From positions 3,855 to 67,854 of the forward strand of contig PYIY01000200.1 in assembly GCA_003635195.1 (NCBI GenBank): a stretch of 64,000 nt of DNA. The letters are read 5' to 3'. Under the pieces are notes generated by a model that saw only the letters and a program-made list of their open reading frames with translations, was not told the DNA's origin and made no database searches. A program made the translations under genes and the position numbers. Within the stretch, counting starts at the first letter, position 1; each line of letters begins with the position of its first letter. This DNA is from Candidatus Poribacteria bacterium. GTDB taxonomy: Bacteria; Poribacteria; WGA-4E; WGA-3G. Positions 46,559-56,000 of this stretch are shown here, in pieces.

Positions 46559-46646
46559 TATTTTCTAACTATGCCTAACTCCGTTGAACACTGCTGTAGT
46601 CATAAATCCTGTGAAAATCTCGCCAGAGCCAATCGATGTAAACTTT

Positions 46647-47384
46647 TTAACCATGGCGCATTCTATCGGTAACAGATCTTTCTGTGAGTCCGAGCGTAAT
46701 AGCCTGTTGAATCCGCTGGACATTTTCAGCCCGTGAACCGGATTTCTGGAAAACGCTACTCGTGCCACCGACCAAGATATCCGCGCCTGCGGATACCATC
46801 TTAGGGATATTTTCAAAACTCACGTTGCCATCAACTTCAATCGGTAGATCAATAGCGTGCGCATCCAAAAAAGTGCGACATTCAGCGATTTTTCGGAGCG
46901 TCGCTGGAACTACTTTTTGTCCTGCAAACCCCGGATTTACCGTCATAATCAGCACAAAATCGAGTCGGTCAAGGACATAATTCAATGCAGAGAGTGGGGT
47001 TGCTGGATTTAGTGCTGCGCCTGCTTTAACACCATGTGCCTGAATAAGCGACAACGTTCTGTCGAGATGCGTTGCCGATTCAACATGAACAGCTATCTGC
47101 TGAACGCCAACCGCTGCGACTGCATCTACAAAGAAATCGTTATTTTCCACCATGAGGTGAACATCAAAAGCAGCGTCTGTTTTCGGACGTAATTGTTCAA
47201 TTAAGGCGAGCCCAATCGGCATATTCGGAACGAAATGTGCGTCCATCAAGTCGAAATGGAGCATATTAATGCCAGCGGCTTCTAACTCCCGAACATCAGT
47301 CTCTAAGTTACATAAATCTGCACACATCACCGACGGCGCGATATGGACGTACGGCTCTGAAGATACCGTATTTGGCGTAGACAA
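46647..47384 (-). CDS. Ribulose-phosphate 3-epimerase family protein (Rpe/AlsE-like)
   Basis: PSVMCADL, HFDLMDAHFVPN, DVHLMV, MTVNPGFAGQ, VDGNV. Apparent TTG start. Confidence 0.75.
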   Translation of the reverse strand: MSTPNTVSSEPYVHIAPSVMCADLCNLETDVRELEAAGINMLHFDLMDAHFVPNMPIGLALIEQLRPKTDAAFDVHLMVENNDFFVDAVAAVGVQQIAVHVESATHLDRTLSLIQAHGVKAGAALNPATPLSALNYVLDRLDFVLIMTVNPGFAGQKVVPATLRKIAECRTFLDAHAIDLPIEVDGNVSFENIPKMVSAGADILVGGTSSVFQKSGSRAENVQRIQQAITLGLTERSVTDRMRHG

Positions 47385-47440
47385 GATAGCACTTCCGTAG
47401 TGTCAAATTACTATGCTTATTCTAACATAAAACCTTTAAT

Positions 47441-47469
47441 AGTATAGCATAAAATGATAAATTTGTCAA
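47441..47469 (-). promoter_or_regulatory. sigma70-like promoter TTGACA-N17-TATACT
   Basis: Reverse complement reads TTGACA aatttatcattttatgc TATACT, ~55 nt upstream of the epimerase start. Confidence 0.55.
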
Positions 47470-47486
47470 ATTTTGGCATGGGCGGG

Positions 47487-48542
47487 TCAGGAACGCGACA
47501 ACACCTCACGAAGTTGTGAATCAAGGTTTATGGGCGGATCAAAAGGGATGTCAATCGGTTCGTGAGAGATCGCACTTGCATAGATGCCCAAAATTGCGTT
47601 GAACTGGTGCAATGCGAGTTTAAGATTCGTTTCGACTGGGCGGGTATCATCCTCAATCCAGTCAAACATCGCCTCCGTTAGACGTGCTTGTGCAAGGTCG
47701 TTATTTTCACGCCATTCATCAGGCATCGTTCGATGGTTTTCCATTTTCGATTCGGAAAAGATTTCCCACCCACCGAATTCTTCAAAGTGTATATGACCGC
47801 TTTCACCATAGGCAGCAACCCGACAATGCTTGTAGATGGCTTCGTCGTCCATGATGCGTGGGGACGTAAAACCGGTATTCCAGAAGCCGTAGACACCATT
47901 TTCAAACAAAACCTGGCAGGATGATGTATCTGGGGCTGGATAGGTACTGTCAAGCGATTCAGCACCGCTCACAGCACCGAAAACGCGGACGATCGGGGAA
48001 TCGTCATTCAGGGACATCGCCCAATCAATGATATGCGTGCCTTGGGCAGATAGGTTCATGCCGCACGAGAAATCCAAAAGCCGAATTTTTCCTAATTCAC
48101 CACTCTGCACTATCTTTCGGCAACTGATAAGTCCGGGATGCCAGCGGTATTGTTTTCCTACGCCAAATTTCGTAGCAGTTCGCTTTTCCAATTCGCACAG
48201 CAAACGCCAATCTTCAACACCACAAGCAATCGGTTTTTCAACGATGCACGCCGGTACACCGAACGCTGACACCATCGGCATGAGTTCAGACCACTGATCT
48301 GGCATTGTGACGAGGTGCACAAGGTCAGGTGCTTCTTTACGGAGCATCTCCTCGGCATCGGCGTAGCCAGTAATCCCAAAAGTTTCCATAAACTTTTCAC
48401 GCCTGGCGATATCTGACCGATTCGCACACGTGACCAATTCGCCCCGCGAAATTTGTTGATAGGCATTTGCATGACCGTAGGCTCTACTGCCACAGCCGAT
48501 GATTGCACTCCGATATTTTGGCACTGTATGGATCCCTTTCAT
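47487..48542 (-). CDS. Gfo/Idh/MocA-family oxidoreductase
   Basis: N-terminal Rossmann SAIIGCGSRAYGHANAY. 351 aa. ATGA overlap with the upstream gene. Confidence 0.7.
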   Translation of the reverse strand: MKGIHTVPKYRSAIIGCGSRAYGHANAYQQISRGELVTCANRSDIARREKFMETFGITGYADAEEMLRKEAPDLVHLVTMPDQWSELMPMVSAFGVPACIVEKPIACGVEDWRLLCELEKRTATKFGVGKQYRWHPGLISCRKIVQSGELGKIRLLDFSCGMNLSAQGTHIIDWAMSLNDDSPIVRVFGAVSGAESLDSTYPAPDTSSCQVLFENGVYGFWNTGFTSPRIMDDEAIYKHCRVAAYGESGHIHFEEFGGWEIFSESKMENHRTMPDEWRENNDLAQARLTEAMFDWIEDDTRPVETNLKLALHQFNAILGIYASAISHEPIDIPFDPPINLDSQLREVLSRS

Positions 48543-48892
48543 TTCTCACCCTCTCTGTTGAACTTTCCGTTTCGCCACTCTTTGTATACCAGAAACGCAC
48601 CGAGCAGACATAAACTGTAGAATAACACGACTTCTATACCACCCGTCACGATGGCGAGCTCTAAGTTGCGTAGTAAGCCCATGCCCCTTACATCCAACCC
48701 CGGCTCCCATGGCGAGATATATGTGTTATAAACCACAAGGACGAGCCATCTGAGAACCCTAACACCCATAGCTGTTGCGAGGACGATCAACCCCTTTGAC
48801 CGCGTTCGGAGGCAGAAAAACACTAAGAAAACCATAAGTGCCAAAAATCCGACGTATCCAACCCACGTCGTCAGATCAACAAAAACTTTCAT
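48539..48892 (-). CDS. Small hypothetical membrane protein
   Basis: Start taken at MKVFVDL, with GGGGG 8 nt upstream; the track ORF extends to 48976. 3-4 TM helices. Confidence 0.45.
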   Translation of the reverse strand: MKVFVDLTTWVGYVGFLALMVFLVFFCLRTRSKGLIVLATAMGVRVLRWLVLVVYNTYISPWEPGLDVRGMGLLRNLELAIVTGGIEVVLFYSLCLLGAFLVYKEWRNGKFNREGEK

Positions 48893-49109
48893 CAAAATGC
48901 CCCCTTCAAAGACAAGGATAACCCGTTTCAGAGCTGTGCAAAGAACCTGACTCATAAAAAGCAAAGATGGATTCACATCCCGGAAACCTCCTTTATTCTA
49001 ACCCAACAATGAAGCAATGGCAAGAGAAAAAATATGTGCAACTTCAGGGCGAATCTGCTAAAATAAAACAGAGAAACTAATAAACAATAATGTAAGGAGG
49101 GCAACGAAT

Positions 49110-49868
49110 ATGATAAAGCTAACTGTTTTAATGCTCCTATTGAGCATCTTTTATTATTTTGCGATTGTTAGTGCCAGTGCTGAAGCAATAGGGGTCTGGC
49201 TCTTTGATGAAGGCGTTGGCGAAATCGTTAAAGATGTATCAGGGAATGGACATCACGGTGAAATTGTCGGTGAGGTCGCATGGTCTGATGGAAAATTTGA
49301 CAACGCGCTCGATTTTGACGGTGGTCATGTCCTCGTGCCGCATGAAGATATCATGAATCTTAGACAATGGACGATGACTGCGTGGATAAAAGTCCCTAAG
49401 ATCGTCGATCCGTACCAAGTTATTCTTGGCAAAGAGTCGTGGCCCGATCGAAATTATACGATGTGGATTCGTCCTGGCGTGATGACTTTCGGGTTCACGC
49501 TCCCCGGCGGCGCACAAGACCTACAAGTAGGTAGTAAAGAGGTCACTGATGGTCAGTGGCACTTTGTCGCGGGTGTGTACGACGAAAAGAATCTGATCCC
49601 TTATGTTGATGGCGAACAATTTAATCCACGCGGTGCCGCGGGTAAACCCGCTACAAGCAACGCGCCGCTGATTATCGGCGCCCAGGGTCCCGATGGGAAG
49701 AACGGACCGTTGAGAGGCATCATCGATGAAGTTGCTGTCTACAATACAGCTTTAGACGAAGACAAGATCGCTGAGGTGATGGACGGGCTTGGAAAGCAAT
49801 TTCAAGCGGTGGAAGCTGCAGAGAAGTTAGCGGTAACATGGGGCCAACTCAAAGAAAGCGACAAATAA
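49110..49868 (+). CDS. Secreted LamG (concanavalin A-like lectin) domain protein
   Basis: Signal peptide present. WLFDEGVGEIVKDVSGNGHHGEIVG...FDGG..V......TMTAWIK...GQWHFVAGVYD...GIIDEVAVYNTAL is a typical LamG_3 pattern. Confidence 0.7.
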   Translation: MIKLTVLMLLLSIFYYFAIVSASAEAIGVWLFDEGVGEIVKDVSGNGHHGEIVGEVAWSDGKFDNALDFDGGHVLVPHEDIMNLRQWTMTAWIKVPKIVDPYQVILGKESWPDRNYTMWIRPGVMTFGFTLPGGAQDLQVGSKEVTDGQWHFVAGVYDEKNLIPYVDGEQFNPRGAAGKPATSNAPLIIGAQGPDGKNGPLRGIIDEVAVYNTALDEDKIAEVMDGLGKQFQAVEAAEKLAVTWGQLKESDK

Positions 49869-50017
49869 TATAGTGGCGTTGCAAAATTTATGTAAACATA
49901 ATGTCTCGATTTCTCGTTTCAAGTCAAGATTCCGCATCGCGGTTGATACATCGCGCTGACGAAACGTGAGTTAATCGGGGCATTTTTCGTAACTTAGACG
50001 CATATCACATTTCGGAA

Positions 50018-50094
50018 CTCCGCACAGGCTAACGGTTTCCTATGCTACAACGGGACCTCGCACAGGAAACTAACGGTTTCCTATGCTACAAACG
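50018..50094 (+). repeat. Imperfect tandem direct repeat spanning the start codon of the giant gene
   Basis: ctcCGCACAGGc----TAACGGTTTCCTATGCTACAAcg (50018-50052) vs ctCGCACAGGaaacTAACGGTTTCCTATGCTACAAacg (50057-50094). Confidence 0.8.
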
Positions 50095-53000
50095 AGAATA
50101 CACGTGCTGAAAAATCCATCATCGAAACTTGCAGTTCACCAAAACCTGCTTCATAAAATTGGGCTTATCCTTATTATCGTCCTTTCCGTAACGTCTGACA
50201 TTGCCGTAAGTCGTATTGCTGAAGACACCGACGAAACGCAAGCAGAAACCCCAGTACCCAGCGATAGCGGTACTGTTCCTGATTCCGACGAACCCGAAAC
50301 ACCAGCGGAAGAAAGAGACAGCAGTGAGTTTGGGTTGTTTAACCGTAACCCTTTCGATACTGATGGTGTTCCAAAGCGTTTCATCTGGCAAGACGAAAAG
50401 GCACTACCCGAGGAAGACGAGGAAAGCAGGCACATCCAACCCTACCTGGACAGTCTCCGCAGATGGCGGCATCCACCCGAATTGACTGACCTCAGTAAAC
50501 TCTATGATTGGAAACCGAAGCCGAAACGAGAAGAAAAAGGTATTGCCCTTCCGATGGATTCCAATCTTCGGATAACAGGCTTACAATCCGTGACTGTAGA
50601 GGCGAACAAGACGCACTATTTTGGTGAAGGTGACCTGAACCGATACGGTGGATACGGTTACGGCGGTGGATATGGCAGTTATTCATCAGGGCTTGATTTG
50701 GGACTCACTTCGTCTTACGGTTACGAAGATTTCGGCTATGGCAGCGGCTTTGGTGGCGGTGGATATGGTTCTGGATATGGCGGTGGATACAGCAGTTATG
50801 GGAGCAGCTACGGCAGCGGCTATGGGAGCGGTTTCGGCGGGTACAGTGGATACGGTAGCCGCGGTATCCCGCGCGCCACAGGCTTTAATCTGCGTCAGAT
50901 ACAACAATTCGGACTACACGGTCGCGTCGGGCAACGCACACACATTGCTGTAGATTATAGTGCTGGCGGCAGCAGTTTCGGTGGTGGTGGCTACGGCGGC
51001 TACGGCGGTGGGTATGGCGGTGGATACGGTCTTGGTGGTGCAAAGGAACAGAAAATCAAAATTTGGTACGAGGGCAAACCGGAGGATATCATAAAAACGA
51101 TCTCGTTCGGTGATATCACGCTCAATTTGCCGAATACCCGTTTTCTAAATATCAACCGGAATTTGTTCGGGCTTGAAGGTGTTTTTGAATGGAAAAATAC
51201 GCGTCTGACTGCCTTCGGTTCTCGCAGTAAAGGGATACGTGAGGTGCGTACTTTCCGTGGGCAATCGCGGCGGGCTGGTGGTGGATACGGTTTCGGACCG
51301 CCAGGGATCCAGATTTTGGACACCAACTACGTCAAAAACCGATATTACTATATCCATAAAGGTGAAGACGACTTACTCCACGACGCTTATCTGCCTATTA
51401 AACCGAGAAGCGAACAGATTTATATTGATGACGGTGTTGTAGGGAACAATCAAGGCGGCATACGGACGAGTCAAGGCTATTTTAACCCACAATTCGCTGG
51501 ACAGGACTACAATATTGATTACGACACCGGTGAAATAGAATTTCTCTCCCCGATCTCTGCAAACTACACTATTGTCGTCGCGTATGAGTATAACGGTAGC
51601 GGCGGTGGGACTATCGGTACCTCCAGCGAAAGCGAGGTCTTTGTTGATGAAAACGGCGATGGCACGATTGACGAAGAAGGAGAAGAAATCGGCTACATCG
51701 TGCTAAAGGAAAAAGGGTTTCGCGGCACGGAGGCGACGCACGTCTATCAACTCGGCAGCCGAAATATCAACCCACGCGACTTCCAATTGACCATCCGCCG
51801 ACAAGGACAGAACGAAACCTTCCAGACAAATGAGGGGCTTGTCCCTTATATTGAAATCTTCGGTTTAGATCAGAACGGGGATGGCAACGTCGATGCCCAG
51901 TTCATAGACTACGACAGAGGTTTACTGCGCTTTCCGTGGACAAACCCTTTTCAAATCACAGACCCGAACCACCCATATTACGCCTACCGTGATGCCCTTA
52001 ACAACAACACGATCTACCTCGAAGGTGTCCGGACAGATGCCCAAATCTACACGATTATAGCGGACTATACATACCAATCAGAAACATACAACGTAGGATT
52101 GTTTGTGATTCCAAACAGCGAAACGGTTCGATTGAACGGACAACTCCTGACGCGTGATACCGACTATATGATGCTCTATGAGGTCGGTAGCATCCGATTC
52201 TTCAGGCAACTTGATGAATTCGATGAAATCGTTGTGGAGTTTGAAAAGACCCCTTTTGGTGGTTCGTCACAACAAGCGGTAGCGGGGGTTTGGTTGGAGT
52301 ACACGCATAAACCGAAGCCTAAATCGGAGAAAGAACAGAGCCTTGAAGATAGATTCGATCGCCTCGGTGGTATTCAATCAATGGATGCAAGTCCACTCGG
52401 TGGTGGAACAAGGGATGCGTTCGGTGAGTCATTGTCGGGGCGGAGAGGGGGCCTTGGCGGTTTAGGAAGAAGGAGCTTTGGTGGTGGTTTCGGCAGTGGT
52501 TTTGGTGGTGGTTTCGGCAGTGGTTACGGGAGTTACGGGAGCTTGGGCGGTAGGTCAAGGATAGGTTCAGGTTATTATGGTGGCTACGGCGGTGGGATGA
52601 ATTATTTCAACCCCGTCTATCAAAAAGGGTTCATGCTTTCAACAGGCTATATCCTCAATACTGGGCAAAAACCGGCGGAAATACCAGATGTAAATGGCGT
52701 TCCAAACCGTTTGCAAGCGTTCAATATAAACACAAGTTTCGGAAGAGAATTCAATATTGCGGGGATTTTCAACCTGCTGCCGTTCATTAACATGAGAAAC
52801 CTCCCATTTTCGCTCGACTTCAGCGGAGAAGCCGCTTATTCACACAACAACCCGAATAGCATTGGGGTCGCACTTATTGATAGCATGGAAGGGGCAAAGG
52901 AATCAACCACGGTGCCGACGCTAAAATACAACTGGAAGCAGAGTAGCGTCCCCTATATCTCGGAGGATACACCGGTCCCTGGTGGTGATGGTTACAACGT

Positions 53001-56000
53001 TTTACCGACGCATGAGAATAGAGCCATTTTTAAAGTCGTCCTTAAAGACAAAAACGAGTCGGAAGCCGTTGGAAACTATATGCGGAACCGAGATGTGCCT
53101 GCCTCTTCAATCCAACCGCTCTCACTCTCTACCGAAGAACGCCTTATCATGGAACTCGGCTACGATTTCACAGATGTCGTGGCGGAATGGGGTGGCTTCT
53201 CAAACGGTGTCTCAAATTCTGGCGTTGACTACTCCGAACGGAGTTTCGTTGAAATCTGGATGCGCGTTCAAGGCGATGATAATGTGACGCTACACTTGAA
53301 CCTTGGGGTAGTCAATGAGGACACAGATGCTGACCAACGGTTGGATAGCGAAGACCTCCCAAATACACTTACGGACACAAACGGTGATGGTAGTGTTGAT
53401 GCCTTGGATTTGGATTTAGAGAATCTATCAGATGCAGATCGTTATCGTGGGAACGGGACCCTTGATACCGGGGAAGATGTCGGATGGGATTACGATGGTC
53501 CCCTCGAAAAAACATCTGTCGGTAGCGGTAACCAGATTTTGGACAGTGAAGACTTGAACGGCGACGGGGTGCTTGACACTATAGATGCCTATTTTGAAAT
53601 TTCAATCCCGTTGAATGAGATTCCAAATGAATGGGTAAAAAGCAAAAACGCTAACGGTTGGATGTTTCTTAGTATCCCGCTCTCTAAATTCACACCGGTA
53701 GGCTCTCGCGTGCCGAGTCTCGTTTTTGTGCAGCACCTCCGACTTTGGTTGAGCAAAAACGCGCCAGGTAGTGCGAAAGGCACACTGCAGTGGGCATCCA
53801 TCGAAATTGTTGGCAATAAATGGCAACAAGGTATTATTACCCGCTCAACGGTGCAGACAACTTCCGAGGTTGGACTTACGGACGAAACACTTTCAACAAG
53901 TACAATTGTGGAAGATACAATCGAAAAATTTATCGTCGGTACAAAGGATAATTTCAGTTATGATGCGTATCAGAGCGCGTATCTCGATATTGAAGATAAT
54001 GAACTCTTCAAAAAACTGCATCCATTTACAGCGACCTCGCTCGGTTTCCAAACACAACAGCAACGCGAACAGACGTTGAGTCTTGAATATTATCTCTTTC
54101 CTGGCTCTTATGGTGTTACTTCCAAACAGCTGAAAGGTGTAACACAGAGCGATGGTCAAGATTTCAGCAAGCACGACACACTGCGCTTTTGGCTCTACGG
54201 CGACAAAAGTGACACAACCTTCGTTTTGCAACTCGCGCCAACTGTCCGTACCGGCTACCGCAGCTCGTTTTATAGTTCAGATCCATTTGTTAACCAAACT
54301 GAGGAAGAAGATATTAACGTTTTCGAGAACCTGACAGACTATTATGAGTACACAGTACGGGTTGACTTTGAAGGTTGGAAGTTAATTGAAATTGATCTAC
54401 GTGACCTGCGTAGGAATGCCTATCCGGATGTAGTAGGCGGGGTTTCTAACCCCGAATTTCAGCCTTCGGTGGTATCCAATCAAGAGCAGCTTGTGGAAAC
54501 CGAAAGCGATACGCAACCGCTGCCCGACGCTGATAGCGATAGTCCGGATGGGCATCCCGATGGCTTTACAGTCAGGGGTAGAAACAGTACACGGCTCTCT
54601 ATCAAAAATATTGGCGGCATCCTGCTCGGCATCCGTAACGACACGGGACGTGAAATCAGCGGTGATATCTGGGTGAACGAGATTCACCTTGGCGACCCGC
54701 TGGTACGTGCCGGTTGGGCGCGTCGCGGCAATATGTCAATGTCACTCGGCACTATCGTGAAATTGCGTGGCGGTTACGCAAGTCAAGACAAAGACTTTGA
54801 AAGCGGTGCTGGTCAAATTGGCAGACAACGCCTCTCTTCACGCGGGTATAGCACTACAAACAACGACTACAATATCGATGCAGATGTCACCATTTTCCCG
54901 TGGCTGCCGATCCAGTACGGCATCCGACAACAAGATACCGAAACCGAGAGTTTGCGTGGTAGTTACAGCAGCTTCCAGAGCGGTAAAAGTGAGATCCGTA
55001 CCCGAGATTTTTCTGTCCGATTCAACCGAAATCCGTACCCTAATCTCGGCTTCGCATATAACTATCAAGACTTTTGGAATGAACGCCAAGGCACGCAAAT
55101 TAGTCACCTCTACACCGGCAGCTTCCGGTATGAACTCGGATCAAAACTCGGTGTTAACGTGCAATATCGCCACGAGGATGTGCTTGCCAAACCCGAAACG
55201 GCAACGGATACCTCTTCAACCTCATCATCCTACTATAGCTACGGGTACGGCAGAAACAGAGACGAAAAAACCGATAGCGGCACAATAGCATTCAACATTA
55301 GTCCAACAAGCATCTTCAGTTTGAACCCAAGTTACGATGTCCGTCGGACGCTTGAGAGACGTGAAGATCAGAACTACAGAACACCCTTTACAAGTGGTGT
55401 AACAACAGCGCAAGAAGAACCAGAGGAGACACCAGAACCAGATTTCTCAATCGCTGAACGGGAGCATCGCCTCTCCTTAACACCGCGATTGAATCGAGAT
55501 TTGCTCGGCATGCGTCCAACTGTGACAAGCCGTATGAGTTTTCGTGAGAATTGGTTCAGAGAACAAAAAAATGCATCCCTTAACGGTAACGTCAGTCTCG
55601 GCGTAAACCTCCGCGTTCAAAAATGGTTCGGCTGGTTTTTGAATCCTGAAAAAACAGATAGTCAGCAGTCAGCAGTTAAAGAGGCATCTGATGGAACAAA
55701 CTCCCTCTCAACTGATAACCGACAACCGAAAACTGATGACTCCTCCACAGAAACAATTGAGCAGCTGCGAGAAAACGGCATTGATGAGGCACAAATTCAA
55801 GAGTTAGAAGAAAACCGAGGTGATTGGATTGAACGCGATAAAGGTGAAATAGGAAGTAGTGGAGGCGCGAGCGATGTGGCACAAACCGCTCAGGATGGCA
55901 TCTTGCATAGAATCCTCAAAACTTTTACGGTTAGTACGAATGCCAACTTTATGGCTACCGAATCGTATCGGCAGCTTGCATCCGGGCTGTCTGCTTTAGA

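Noticed and set aside
47468-47486. Sigma54-like TTGGCATGGGCGGGTCA.
   Set aside because: The -12 block is GGTC instead of TTGC, and there is no plus-strand gene downstream.
50648-51326. Alternative-frame and antisense ORFs across the Gly/Tyr-rich segments (50648-50953, 50686-50907, 51000-51326, 52319-52558).
   Set aside because: They are artefacts of low-complexity GGN/TAY-rich sequence, which stays open in several frames.
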